Of a DNA stretch of 64,000 bases, positions 54,076 through 64,000 are shown one piece after another. The translations under genes were made by a program, and so were the position numbers. The stretch comes from an uncultured Candidatus Rokubacteria bacterium (lineage in GTDB: Bacteria > Methylomirabilota > Methylomirabilia > Rokubacteriales > CSP1-6), in the NCBI GenBank assembly GCA_963771355.1, contig CAVYTA010000005.1, forward strand, positions 832,001 through 896,000. The letters are read 5' to 3'. The notes under the pieces were generated by a model, which was not told the origin of the DNA, searched no databases, and saw nothing but the letters and a program-made list of their open reading frames with translations. Position 1 is the first letter of the stretch, and every line of letters starts with the position of its first letter.

Positions 54076-54214
54076 CAATTCAAAATCGCCTCTACAGCGC
54101 CACCCGCCGCAGCCGCAGCGACCACGATATCCAGAGGTGACTCAGCCCACCGCGCTCGCCATGATTGGGCTCAGGACGGCCAGGGCCGCATCGGAGATAG
54201 GCGCGAGTCACGGG

Positions 54215-55882
54215 CTAGGCCACCTTGGCCTCGATGACGACCTCGATCAGATGCGGACGTTTGGCCGCGATCGCTCGCGACAGGGCTCCAGTCAGCTCAC
54301 CGGGTGTCGTGATGCGCTCCGCCGAGAGCCCGAGCCCACGGGCGAGATCGAGGAAGCCCAGCCTCGGCTTCCCGAGATCCATGTGGAGGTAGGGGCGTTC
54401 GGGCTTGGCCCCGAAACGCTGCCGGTACACGTCCATGTTGTGCTTGAGGATGCGGTACTCGCCGTTGTTGAGGATGACGAACACGATGGGTAAATCGTGG
54501 TGGGCGGCCGTCCACAGGGCCTGGATGCTGTACATGGACGAGCCGTCACCCGAGATGGCCACCACCGGCCGGTCGGGGCAAGCGACCTTGACGCCGAGCG
54601 CCCCCGGCAGAGCCTGTCCGATGCCGCCGCCCCGCGCTCCAAAGTAGTCGCCCGGCTTGCTGAAGCTCAGCGTGCGGGCGAGATCGGGGCCCGCCGTGAT
54701 CGCCTCGTCCACCACGATGGCGTCGGCGGGCAGCGCCGAAACGATGTCGGCCATGAGCCGGGGCATGGAGATGGGAGTGTTGTCCCAGCGCTTTTGGGCG
54801 CGGGCTCGTTGGGCCGCGGCGTCTTGGTCCTTGAGCCCCTTGAGCGCCTGGTTGCGCCGGGCGGCCGCCTCACGGTATGCCGCCGAAGCCTTGCCATTCA
54901 CCTCGGCCAATAGCGCCGCGAGCGTGGCCTTCGGATCACCAATCAGCCCCACCTCCACGCCGTGGTTGTACGACAGCCGATGCGACGAGACCTCGACCTG
55001 GATCAAGGCCGCGTCCTTGGGGAACGGAGACCCCGGAGAGAACCACACCTCTTCAAAGAAGGGGCCGCCGACGAGCAAAATGGCATCGGCACCCTCCAGC
55101 GCCTTCCGGATCGACAGGGTGTCGAATCCAAGCGCCAGCCGGAAGTTGGGGTGGTTGCTGGGAACGGAAGCGTGCATGCGGATGCCCTCGGTCCAGATCG
55201 CGGCTCCCATCGCCTCGGCCAGTGCCACGACCTCGGCTCCCGCTCCGAAACGCGCCACCTCGTCCCCTACGACGATAACGGGGTTCTCCCGGCCCGCCAG
55301 GAGGGCGGCGGCCCCGGCGACTCCGGCGGGTGCCGCGGGGCCCGCCCGGTATAGCTTGCCGGGGGCCACGGGCTCGTTCTCCGACTCCTGCTCCAAAACG
55401 TCGATGGGCAGGGCCACGAACACGGGACCGGCGGGCGGATCATTCGCCACTTTGAACGCGCGATGTAGGAGCAGTGGCAACTCGTCGGCTCGCTCGGCCT
55501 GGACACTCCACTTCGTCACGGGGGCCGCCATGGCGACCAGATCGTGCCCCAGCAGGGGATCGCGGAGACGCATGCGCGTGTCCTGCTGCCCGGCGGTGAC
55601 CACGACGGCAGCATTCGCCTTGAGCGCGTTGTACATCATGCCGATAGCGTTACCGAGCCCAGGCGCCACGTGAACGTTCACGACGCCCGTTTTGCCGCTG
55701 GCCTGCGCGTAGTAGCTAGCCGCGCCCACGGCCACCCCCTCGTGGAGAGCCTCAATGTAATTGAGTTGGGGGTAGTCGAGCAGGCTGTCGATGATGGGGC
55801 TCTCAGTGGTCCCCGGATTGCCAAAGATGTAGCTCACGCCATGAGCTATGAGGCTTTCCATCAGGATCTGTCTACCGAGCAT
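54215..55882 (-). CDS. ThDP-dependent enzyme, benzoylformate decarboxylase-like
   Basis: FGNPGTTE, LHEGVA, HVAPGLGN, GDGS...LNNG. Confidence 0.88.
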   Translation of the reverse strand: MLGRQILMESLIAHGVSYIFGNPGTTESPIIDSLLDYPQLNYIEALHEGVAVGAASYYAQASGKTGVVNVHVAPGLGNAIGMMYNALKANAAVVVTAGQQDTRMRLRDPLLGHDLVAMAAPVTKWSVQAERADELPLLLHRAFKVANDPPAGPVFVALPIDVLEQESENEPVAPGKLYRAGPAAPAGVAGAAALLAGRENPVIVVGDEVARFGAGAEVVALAEAMGAAIWTEGIRMHASVPSNHPNFRLALGFDTLSIRKALEGADAILLVGGPFFEEVWFSPGSPFPKDAALIQVEVSSHRLSYNHGVEVGLIGDPKATLAALLAEVNGKASAAYREAAARRNQALKGLKDQDAAAQRARAQKRWDNTPISMPRLMADIVSALPADAIVVDEAITAGPDLARTLSFSKPGDYFGARGGGIGQALPGALGVKVACPDRPVVAISGDGSSMYSIQALWTAAHHDLPIVFVILNNGEYRILKHNMDVYRQRFGAKPERPYLHMDLGKPRLGFLDLARGLGLSAERITTPGELTGALSRAIAAKRPHLIEVVIEAKVA

Positions 55883-56345
55883 GGGATCTCCTAGCGTGCC
55901 GGAGTTGGCCGCGGGTGGCGCTCTGCTGCGGCCGGCGGACCCCATGGTGCCACTACTCGCATCCGCTTGAAAAGCAAACTTCGAACAGGGCGCTGCCAAG
56001 AGGCGAGAACGCTTGGAACGTCTATCCAGACAACCCTGGCGGCTCCGGGAGGTCAAAAACGGGTAGTTTGGATGTGTGTCGAATTTGAAGTTGGACCCCG
56101 GATTTGTGCCCGACCCAAAGAAAGTTGAAGAGACGGCCCGCTTCAATGAGGAGTTTGGCAAGGCCGGCCGAAGGCCCGGTCGGACACCGAGGCGCTCGAG
56201 GTGTGGGTCTAAGTCTCGGCCTGCACCTATCCGGACGGCACGCCCGTGCTGTCCGGGAAGCCTGGGCGCGTTCAGGTCATCCGGTGGGAGTTGCTCTCGA
56301 ACGCCATGTTGCTCGATGCGTCGCCGAAGGTCGGCTCCGGAGGAG

Positions 56346-57320
56346 TCATTCGATGACCTGATCTGCGCGCTGGATCAGCGCCGGCGGGATCGTCAGGCGG
56401 AGCGCCTTGGCGGTCTTCAGGTTGATCACCAGCTCGAAGCGCGTCGCCTGAAGCATCGGCACTTCGCCGACGGCCTTTCCGTCGAGGATGCGCGCGCTTT
56501 GATCTGCGGCCAGCCGGAACATGTCCGTGTTATTCGCGCCGTACGACATCAGGCCGCCGACATCCACGAAGTCACGGAATGCGTACATCGACGGGAGCCG
56601 CTGCCTCAGCGCGAAATCGACGATCCGCTGCATCTCCATGAACGCGATCGGGTCGGGGTAGACGAACAGGGCGTCGGGCCGCTCCTGCGCGACGGCGTCG
56701 AGCGCACGGGGCACGTCGCTCTTGGACCAGAAGCCAACGGTGGGCAGCTTGATTCCGAGCCGGGGAGCTGCATCCTGCGCACGCTTGAGGCCGGAGGGCG
56801 AGTCCTCAGGCTCGGAGAAGAACACGATACGCGAGGCCATCGGCACGGCTTCCTTGAACACTTCCAGCCGTTTGGCGGTCAGTTCCGACGTCATACACGT
56901 CACGCCGGTTACGTTGCCCCCATGTCTCGCCAGCTGAGACACATGGTCGAAGGCATCGCATGAGTACACGACGAGCGGTGTCTTCCTGACGACGCTCTGG
57001 CTGAGCCGAGCCATCTTCGAACCGGGAGCAAAGATCACGTCGACGCCACTGCGCTCCAGCTCGGATATGAGCGCAGGCACGCGCTGGTAGTCGTCACCGG
57101 CCCACCGCGGCTCGAATGTGACGTTCCGTCCCTCCACGTAGCCGCGCTCGGCGAGGCGCGCCTTGAACGCCTGCCACGACGGATTCAGCTGGGGAGACGC
57201 CGAACCAAGGGCCACCCAGCCCACGCGATACACCTTGTTGCCAGCCTGGGCCGCGACCTCGCCAGCCTGGGTCAGCACACCAAGCACGAGCGTGAGAACC
57301 AAGACTGTGCTCCGGGCCAT
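56346..57320 (-). CDS. ABC substrate-binding protein (ABC_sub_bind family)
   Basis: GYVEGRN, GGNVTG, KRLE, GGLMSYG, FELVINLKTAKAL..IP..RADQVIE. Confidence 0.9.
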   Translation of the reverse strand: MARSTVLVLTLVLGVLTQAGEVAAQAGNKVYRVGWVALGSASPQLNPSWQAFKARLAERGYVEGRNVTFEPRWAGDDYQRVPALISELERSGVDVIFAPGSKMARLSQSVVRKTPLVVYSCDAFDHVSQLARHGGNVTGVTCMTSELTAKRLEVFKEAVPMASRIVFFSEPEDSPSGLKRAQDAAPRLGIKLPTVGFWSKSDVPRALDAVAQERPDALFVYPDPIAFMEMQRIVDFALRQRLPSMYAFRDFVDVGGLMSYGANNTDMFRLAADQSARILDGKAVGEVPMLQATRFELVINLKTAKALRLTIPPALIQRADQVIE

Positions 57321-57660
57321 GGGCGATCCTCCCTGACAGCAATCGTGTTTCGATGATGCCCTGCGCCAAGTGGGACCCTGCTCGTCGTTACTGTCTCGAA
57401 ACCTATTCAAGATGCGCCCGGAGCGTCAAGGCGCGCTGCGATAGAGCTCAACTGAGCCCTTGGAGCGGGGACGGATATGTGCCATCGGTGCTTACGGCTC
57501 CTAGGCGGCGGTGCCCCCGGCTGCTAGGGCGGCCAGCCTGATCCTCGGCGCCGTCGTCCCGGCCCTCCGCCGCCGCTCGCCCCGCTCGGGCCGGACGGCA
57601 GCGGAGGAGCCAGGTCGGCGGTGGCCCAACCGCATTCGCACCCATGCTACAGTCCCGGGA

Positions 57661-58452
57661 ATGCCGATGCTCAAACTCATGATCGGAGCGATTGCCATGG
57701 CTGCCCTCACCTCCTGCGCCTCCACGCCGCCCGTACCCCCCGCGGCGAAGGCCGAGCTCACGCCCACCGGCAAGCTGCGCGTGGGCATCAACTACGGCAA
57801 TGTGCTCCTCGCCACCAAGGACCCGGCCACCGGGGAATTCCGCGGCGTGGCCCCCGACCTCGCGCGGGAACTGGGACGCCGCCTGGGGACGCCCGTGGAG
57901 TGGGTCGGCTACGAGTCCGCCGGGAAGATGGCCGAGGCGGTGAAGACCGGCGCCTGGGACGTCGCCTTCCTCGGCGCCGAGCCCGCCCGCGCCGGCGAGA
58001 TCGCCTTCACTCCGGCCTATCTGGAGATCGAGGCGACCTATCTGGTGCCGGCCGGGTCGCCGCTCCGCAGCGTCGCGGACGTGGACCGCGAGGGGATCCG
58101 CATCGCGGTGGCCGACAAGGCGGCCTACGAGCTCTATCTCACGCGCACTCTCCAGCGCGCCAAGCTGGTGCGCGCCCCGAACCTCGCGGCCTCGTACGAG
58201 CTCTTCGTGACCGAGAAGCTGGATGCCCTCGCCGGCCTCAAGACCTTTCTCCTGGTGGAAGCGGCGAAGATCCCCGGCTCGCGGGTGCTCGACGGCCGGT
58301 TCACAGGGGTGCAGCAGGCCATCGCCACACCCAAGCCCCGCGCGGCCGGCGCCCAGTACCTGCGCGAGTTCGTCGCGGACGCGAAGGGGTCGGGGCTCGT
58401 GGCCCAGGCGATCGAGAAGCACGGCGTGCGCGGGGTGTCGGTCGCGCCGTAG
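57661..58452 (+). CDS. solute-binding protein family 3, lipoprotein
   Basis: LTSC lipobox; PTGKLRVGIN.GN, WDVAF. Confidence 0.85.
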   Translation: MPMLKLMIGAIAMAALTSCASTPPVPPAAKAELTPTGKLRVGINYGNVLLATKDPATGEFRGVAPDLARELGRRLGTPVEWVGYESAGKMAEAVKTGAWDVAFLGAEPARAGEIAFTPAYLEIEATYLVPAGSPLRSVADVDREGIRIAVADKAAYELYLTRTLQRAKLVRAPNLAASYELFVTEKLDALAGLKTFLLVEAAKIPGSRVLDGRFTGVQQAIATPKPRAAGAQYLREFVADAKGSGLVAQAIEKHGVRGVSVAP

Positions 58453-58482
58453 CGGCTGAGATCCCTCGAAGACCGCGCCGTC

Positions 58483-58887
58483 ATGGGGGTGACGATTGGC
58501 CGCGTCGCGCTGCTGGTGCGCGACTACGACGAGGCGATCGCGTACTTCACGGGACGGCTGGGGTTTTCCCTCCTCGAGGACACCGCGCTGGGGGGCGGCA
58601 AGCGATGGGTGCTCGTCGCGCCGCCGGGAGGCGCCCGGCCCGCGTTGCTTCTCGCGAAGGCGGTGACCGCGGAGCAGGAACGCCGCGTGGGCGACCAGAC
58701 GGGCGGCCGCGTCTTCCTCTTCCTCGAGACGGATGACTTCTGGCGTGACTACCGCGACATGCGATCGCGCGGGGTGAGCTTCGCGGAGGAGCCGCGTCGG
58801 GAGGCCTACGGCGCGGTGGCCGTCTTCACGGATCTCTACGGAAACAAGTGGGACCTGGTGGAGCGAAGCGCTAGAGCTGGCCCTTGA
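58483..58887 (+). CDS. VOC/glyoxalase family protein
   Basis: LLVRDYDEAI, GDQTGGRVFLFL, DLYGNKWDL. Confidence 0.9.
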   Translation: MGVTIGRVALLVRDYDEAIAYFTGRLGFSLLEDTALGGGKRWVLVAPPGGARPALLLAKAVTAEQERRVGDQTGGRVFLFLETDDFWRDYRDMRSRGVSFAEEPRREAYGAVAVFTDLYGNKWDLVERSARAGP

Positions 58888-60274
58888 GTATCTTGCCGGT
58901 CGCGCTCTTGGGGAGCTCGGGGACCACCGTCAGGCGCCGAGGGTACTTGTAGCCCGCCAGGGCCTCGCGGCAGTGGGCAATCAGCGCCGCGGGATCCGCC
59001 GCCGCGCCCGCGTGGAGCGTGACGAATGCCGCGACTTCCTCGCCGAGATCGGGATGCGGCACGCCGACCACGGCGGCCTCGGCCACCGCGGGGTGCGTGA
59101 GCAGCACGGCCTCCACCTCGGCCGGCACCACGGAGTAGCCCCCGCGCAGGATCAGCTCCTTCTGCCGTCCCGCAATGGTGACGAAGCCCTCGGCGGACAC
59201 GGTGGCGAGGTCGCCGGTGCGGAACCAGCCATCGACCAGGACCGCGCGGGTTTCTTCATGCGCCTCGAGATAGCCCTCCATGACGGCGGGGCTCCGGATC
59301 CAGAGCTCGCCCGTCTCGCCGGCGGGCCGCGGGCGGCCCGCATCGTCCACGATGCGCAGCTCGACGCCGGGCACGGGCCGGCCGATGGCGTCGGGCACGT
59401 CCACCGGATCGTCGGCGCGGAACGAGATCGGCCGGAAGAGCTCGGTCATCCCGTAACCGCGCAGGATGCGCACGCCGGTGCGCGCGCGCCACTCCTGCGC
59501 GAGGTCCCAGGGGCAGGGCGCGGCGCCCGAGACGGCAAGGCGGAGGCTCTTCAGGTCGGCCGGATCCAGGGCCGGCGCATCGAGCAGGCGCCGGAACATG
59601 GTGGCCACGCCGGGGAACACGGTCACGCCGTGCCGCGCGATGGCGGCCAGCGCGCCGGCGGGCGTGAAGGGCTCCACCATGGCCACGCGCGCGCCGCCCA
59701 GGATCGGGGCCAGCAGGGCGCCGTTGATCCCGAAGGAATGCGACAGCGGCAGCGCGGCCAGCACGCAGTCCGTGCCGGTGAGCCCCATCACCGGGCCCGC
59801 CCAGGATACGAGCGCGGCGTCCAGCGCGGCGTGCGAGAGCACGGCGCCCTTGGGCCGGCCCGTGCTGCCGGACGTGTAGAGGATGAGCGCCGGGGCGCGC
59901 GGCTCCAGCGGACGCGACCAGTCGGCCGTCTCCTCGCCGATCGCGTCCAGGACGATGCGCGGCCGCAGGTCGGCGAGGATGCGGGCGCGCTCCGCCGCTG
60001 CCAGCACGGGATTGAGCGGGCTCACGGTGGCTCCCGCCATGAGCCCGCCCAGCAGCGCGACCGCGAAGCGCCAGCCATTGGGCAGGAGCAGCGCCACGCG
60101 ATCGCCCGGTTTCAGCCCCTGCTCCACGAGGCGCCGGGCCACGCCGCCGGCGCGCTGGACGAGCTCGCGCCACGTCAGGGTCGTGTCGGGGGCGAAGAGA
60201 GCGGGCGCGTTTCCACGGCGCTGAACCGTTCGCTCCAGCGCGGTCAGCAGCCGCGGGACGCGCGGGGCGGGCAC
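58871..60274 (-). CDS. AMP-dependent acyl-CoA synthetase/ligase (start approximate)
   Basis: [40 protein letters not shown]. Confidence 0.88.
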   Translation of the reverse strand: MPAPRVPRLLTALERTVQRRGNAPALFAPDTTLTWRELVQRAGGVARRLVEQGLKPGDRVALLLPNGWRFAVALLGGLMAGATVSPLNPVLAAAERARILADLRPRIVLDAIGEETADWSRPLEPRAPALILYTSGSTGRPKGAVLSHAALDAALVSWAGPVMGLTGTDCVLAALPLSHSFGINGALLAPILGGARVAMVEPFTPAGALAAIARHGVTVFPGVATMFRRLLDAPALDPADLKSLRLAVSGAAPCPWDLAQEWRARTGVRILRGYGMTELFRPISFRADDPVDVPDAIGRPVPGVELRIVDDAGRPRPAGETGELWIRSPAVMEGYLEAHEETRAVLVDGWFRTGDLATVSAEGFVTIAGRQKELILRGGYSVVPAEVEAVLLTHPAVAEAAVVGVPHPDLGEEVAAFVTLHAGAAADPAALIAHCREALAGYKYPRRLTVVPELPKSATGKILKGQL

Positions 60275-60279
60275 CGCGG

Positions 60280-61635
60280 CTAGAGCCCGAAGGCCTTGAG
60301 GTCGATGCGCTGCGCGACCTCGGGGGGCACGCGGTGCCGCGGCGTGTAGGCGGCGAGGGAGGGCTTGGCGGTGGCGTCCACGCCCCATTTGGCGGAAAGC
60401 CCGTCCTCCTTGGTGGAGGGGTCCAGGTCCGAGCCGCGCGCCTGCGTGATCACGGTGATGTCGCGGTCGGGCTGGCAGCGGGTGGCGAGGGCCCAGTTCA
60501 CCTGGCGGTCATCGAAGACATCGACGTCGTGGTCCACCACCACCACGCGCTTCATGTAGAGGTCGGCGCCCAGCACGGCGAGAATGGCGTTCTTGGCCTG
60601 GCCGGGCAGGCGCTGCTCGATCGAGACGTAGCAGGTGAAGGGGCCCGGCACGCGCACCGCCTTGACGGAGGGGATCATGGCCCGGACGGCCCGGTAGAGG
60701 TTGGCCTCCATCGGGATCGTGGACAGCAGCAGGTGATCCAGGTGGGCCACCGTGATGTCCTGGAACCACGCGCCGGCGCGATGAGTGATGGCCTTGACCT
60801 TCACCACCTCACGGTCGCGCTGTCCCAGGCTATAGCCGGTGAACTCGCCGAAAGGACCCTCGGGCGTGCGCGCGCCGGGCAGGATCTCGGCCTCGATCAC
60901 CATCTCGGCATGCGCGGGGACCAGCACGTCCGACGTCTCGCACTTCACCAGCTCGAGGGGCTCGCCGAGGAGCGCGCCCATGATGGCCCGCTCGTCCTCG
61001 TCGATGGAGCCGATGGCGAGGGAGCCGAGAGCGATGGCCGGGTGCACGCCGATGGCGAAGGCCACCGGGAGCGGCTCGCCGCGCGCCTCGGCGATGCGCT
61101 GGAACTCCCAGAGGTGCTTGCCCAGCGTGAGGTGGATGGAGGTGGTGTCGCGCCCCTTGATCATGAGGCGGTTGTAGGCGCAGTTCCACGTCTCGCTGGC
61201 GGGGTCCTTGGCGAAGGAGATGGCGGAGGTCAGATACACGCCGGCGTCGCCCTCGTGGTGGACGATCTGGGGCAGATCGTGGAGGTCGATCTGGTCGCCC
61301 TTGAGGATCACGTCCTTGACCGGGCCCTTGGCGACCACCCTCGGGGGGATCGGCTTGTCCATGGCGGCCAGGTAGGTGCGGAGCATCTGGTCCGGCGCGC
61401 AGCGCATGGCGGCGGCCAAGCGCGAGCGGCTCGCGTGGAGATTGGTCAGCACCGGGAAGCGCGTGCCCTTCACCTTCTCGAAGAGGAGCACCGGCCGCTT
61501 CTTCGCCTCGCGCTCCAGCTTGACCACGATGGCGGTGATCTCGAAGGCGGGATCCACCTCCTGGGTGACGACCTGGAACTCGTCGGGCTTCCGCCGCTTG
61601 ACCGCGTCGAGATAGGTGCGGAGGTCCTGGGCCAT
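60280..61635 (-). CDS. UbiD family (prFMN-dependent) decarboxylase
   Basis: YNRL, EGPFGEFTGY, VVVDHDVDVFD, WALATR, LDPS, GVDAT. Confidence 0.92.
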   Translation of the reverse strand: MAQDLRTYLDAVKRRKPDEFQVVTQEVDPAFEITAIVVKLEREAKKRPVLLFEKVKGTRFPVLTNLHASRSRLAAAMRCAPDQMLRTYLAAMDKPIPPRVVAKGPVKDVILKGDQIDLHDLPQIVHHEGDAGVYLTSAISFAKDPASETWNCAYNRLMIKGRDTTSIHLTLGKHLWEFQRIAEARGEPLPVAFAIGVHPAIALGSLAIGSIDEDERAIMGALLGEPLELVKCETSDVLVPAHAEMVIEAEILPGARTPEGPFGEFTGYSLGQRDREVVKVKAITHRAGAWFQDITVAHLDHLLLSTIPMEANLYRAVRAMIPSVKAVRVPGPFTCYVSIEQRLPGQAKNAILAVLGADLYMKRVVVVDHDVDVFDDRQVNWALATRCQPDRDITVITQARGSDLDPSTKEDGLSAKWGVDATAKPSLAAYTPRHRVPPEVAQRIDLKAFGL

Positions 61636-61644
61636 GGCGGACTC

Positions 61645-62661
61645 CTAGAAGCCGTAGAGGCGGCGGCAGTTGTCCCCGAGCACCTTCTGCTTCTGCGCGT
61701 CGGTCATGTCGCCGCGCATGCGGATCTCGTCGATGTTGCCGGGATAGGAGTTGTCCCAGTGGGGGAAGTCGGAGGCATAGACGATCTGGTTTTCCCCCAC
61801 CAGCTTGAGCGCCTGGGGCAGCATCCACTCGTCCGCCTCGCAGGAGAAGTAGATGTTGCCGCTGCGGCAGTAGGCGCTCGGCTCCTTCTTGAGCGCGGGG
61901 GCCTCGGCGGCGCGCTTGGCATACTCGTCGTCCATGCGCTCCATCCAGTAGGGGGCCCAGCCGCAGCCCGCTTCCAGGAAGGCCAGCTTGAGCCGGGGGA
62001 AGCGCTCGGGCACGCCCTCGAAGATCATGGAGGTGAGCTGCCGCATCTGCCCGAACGCATGCGAGCAGGTGTGCGCCTGGATGAAGCGCGGGAAGAGATC
62101 GAGGCCGGCGCCGCCCAGATGCGAGCCGGAGGCGTGTATCCCCAGCGGCACGCCGAGGCGCTCCGCCTCCGCGTAGACGGGGTCGAAGGCGGCGTCCCCG
62201 AGCAGGTGAGTGCCGTCGGCGGCGAGCATGGCGCCGGAGAGGGCCAGCTCCTTCACCGCGCGGCGCAGCTCCCCGGCGCACGCGGCGGGGTCCTGCACCG
62301 GCAGCAGCGCCACCGCCTTGAGCCGCGGGCTCTTGGTGACGAACTCCTCGTGGAGCATGGTGTTGTACGCCTTGCACAGGGCCACCGCCCACTCGCGATC
62401 CTTGAGGAAGCTCATGAACAGGCCGAGCGTGGGATAGAGCACGGTGAGCTCCATCCCGCCCTTGTCCAGCGCGCGCAGCCAGGATTCCGCGTCGCCGGCG
62501 GCGTCGCCCAGGGTGCCCAGGAGCCGGCGGTCCCAGCCGTCCCAGGGGTAGAAGGAGAAGGTGTGCGGGCGCTTCTTGTGCTGGTCGTCCAGATATTTCG
62601 CCACCTGCTCCTGGGACTCGGTCACGTGGCCGTCGGCGTCGAGGATGGCGTGGGCGCTCAT
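61645..62661 (-). CDS. amidohydrolase family 2 protein
   Basis: DADGH, LYPT, IH, FLEAG.GW, ASDFPHWD. Confidence 0.9.
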   Translation of the reverse strand: MSAHAILDADGHVTESQEQVAKYLDDQHKKRPHTFSFYPWDGWDRRLLGTLGDAAGDAESWLRALDKGGMELTVLYPTLGLFMSFLKDREWAVALCKAYNTMLHEEFVTKSPRLKAVALLPVQDPAACAGELRRAVKELALSGAMLAADGTHLLGDAAFDPVYAEAERLGVPLGIHASGSHLGGAGLDLFPRFIQAHTCSHAFGQMRQLTSMIFEGVPERFPRLKLAFLEAGCGWAPYWMERMDDEYAKRAAEAPALKKEPSAYCRSGNIYFSCEADEWMLPQALKLVGENQIVYASDFPHWDNSYPGNIDEIRMRGDMTDAQKQKVLGDNCRRLYGF

Positions 62662-63665
62662 GGCTTGCCCCTCCAGCGGGCGACGGCATCGGGGTTGACG
62701 GCATGGGCGGGGGGCTCACCACGTCCCACCGCGAGGATCTGGTCGAGGGCCAGGCGCAGGTTGGCCCGCCGCCCCGCCTCGCTGTGCGCGATATTGTGGG
62801 GGGTCAGGATGAGCCGCTCGGGATCGATGTTCCGATAGGGGTGGTCCGCCGGCATCGGCTCCTTGACGAAGGCGTCCACCGCGGCGCCGGCTATCCATTG
62901 CTCGCCGAGCGCGCGCGCCACCGCCTCTTCGTCCACCACCTCGCCGCGGGCGGTGTTGACGAGGATCGCGGTCGGCTTCATGCGACGGAGCTCCTTCTCG
63001 CCGATGAGATTGCGCGTCTCGTCGGTGAGGGTGCAGTGCAGCGACACGATGTCGGCCTCGGCGAGGAGGGTGGGCAGGTCCAGGAGCGTCACGCCGAGCT
63101 TCGCGGCGCGGTCGGCGGCCACGTACGGGTCCGCGGCGACCAGCCGCACGTCCCACCCCGCCAGTCGGCGCGAGACGTGGGTGCCGATGCGGCCCAGGCC
63201 GATGAGGCCCACCGTCTTGCCGAAGAGGAAGTCGCCGCGATCCTCTCGCTTGGCCCACTCGCCCCGCCGCAGCTTGGCCTCGTTGTGCTTGATGCGCTTG
63301 AGCAGCATCAGGATCACGCCCACGGTGGCCTCGGCCACCGCCACGAAGTTCTCGGCGGTGGGGCTATTGGCGACCAGGATGCCCAGCCGGGAGGCGGTGG
63401 GAATGTCGATCTTGTCCGTCCCGATGAAGGGGACGATGACCAGGCGCAGGCGCGTCGCGGCCTGGAGCACCGCCGGCGAGAAGGTCTCCAGATGGGAGGC
63501 CAGCACGACGTCGGCGTCGCGGCAGGCCTCCGCCAGCTCGGCCTCGCTATAGGCCCGGCGCCCGGGCATGTCCAGCGGCCGGCCGATCACGACCTCGTGG
63601 CCGGCGGCGCGAAGCGCGTCCAGCTCCTCGGCGGGGCCGCTCGGTCCGGTGGCGAGGATCTTCAT
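62658..63665 (-). CDS. D-isomer 2-hydroxyacid dehydrogenase
   Basis: GLIGLGRIG, VNTARG, FVKEP, LTPH. Confidence 0.9.
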   Translation of the reverse strand: MKILATGPSGPAEELDALRAAGHEVVIGRPLDMPGRRAYSEAELAEACRDADVVLASHLETFSPAVLQAATRLRLVIVPFIGTDKIDIPTASRLGILVANSPTAENFVAVAEATVGVILMLLKRIKHNEAKLRRGEWAKREDRGDFLFGKTVGLIGLGRIGTHVSRRLAGWDVRLVAADPYVAADRAAKLGVTLLDLPTLLAEADIVSLHCTLTDETRNLIGEKELRRMKPTAILVNTARGEVVDEEAVARALGEQWIAGAAVDAFVKEPMPADHPYRNIDPERLILTPHNIAHSEAGRRANLRLALDQILAVGRGEPPAHAVNPDAVARWRGKP

Positions 63666-63678
63666 GGCGTGTCCTCCG

Positions 63679-64000
63679 CTACGGCTTCTTGCAGATGATG
63701 TTGACCAGGGCCTGGCGCTTCTCGTTGCGCACCACGTCGAGGGCTTTCTTCAGCACGCCGGGCAAAGCCGCTGGATCTTCGACCTTTTCCCCCCAGCCCC
63801 CCGAGGCGCGACACACCATCTCGTAGTCGGGCGCGGGGTCGAGCTGATAGAGCGGCATGGTCTCGGCGCGCATGGCCCAGCCGTCCTTGGCGAGGGAGGC
63901 CACGGAGCGCTTCACCGCGTTCCAGGCGCGATTGTTGAAGACCACGAAGAGCGCGGGGATCTGATAGGCCCGCGACACCCAGTGGCTGGCCGTCGGGCTG
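63679..64000 (-). CDS. ThDP-binding enzyme, C-terminal part (cut by window)
   Basis: VVFNNRAW, PDYEMVCRASGG, EKVEDP. Confidence 0.75.
   Translation of the reverse strand, partial: SPTASHWVSRAYQIPALFVVFNNRAWNAVKRSVASLAKDGWAMRAETMPLYQLDPAPDYEMVCRASGGWGEKVEDPAALPGVLKKALDVVRNEKRQALVNIICKKP

Noticed and set aside
55883..56345. Gene or RNA in the lower-GC spacer
   Set aside because: No recognisable motif, tRNA fold or repeat was found.

Overview
High-GC bacterial window. The gene repertoire (many Liv-type ABC transporters, a multi-GAF kinase, acyl-CoA enzymes) suggests Candidatus Rokubacteria/Methylomirabilota; this is inference only. Three blocks. (1) 1-27.6 kb is core-like and on the + strand: acyl-CoA catabolism, two Liv-type ABC systems, an 8-GAF hybrid histidine kinase, trpD, and a GntR-ETF-acyl-CoA dehydrogenase-B12 mutase-ilvE operon whose mutase has isobutyryl-CoA mutase residues. 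(2) ~27.6-54.1 kb is an accessory mosaic: two vanadium-haloperoxidase/PAP2-like genes flanking a CxxCH protein, then a heavy-metal island (three MerR genes plus a remnant, MerR-type promoters, MerB, MerT, MerP, CDF, CusA/CzcA-type RND) with many indels and gene fragments. (3) 54.2-64 kb holds ThDP enzymes, solute-binding proteins and a UbiD/amidohydrolase/CoA-ligase operon. The main finding is missed by the ORF track: three genes in the metal island carry an in-frame TGA where a metal-binding or catalytic Cys is expected. They are a MerB organomercurial-lyase homologue (Cys159 position, with a GGUC-loop hairpin 12 nt downstream), a MerP/HMA protein (GMT-U-GA-C) and a small MerT-like membrane protein. 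This points to a selenocysteine-based mer-like system, with no merA in the window. No tRNA, rRNA, CRISPR array, integrase or transposase was recognised.
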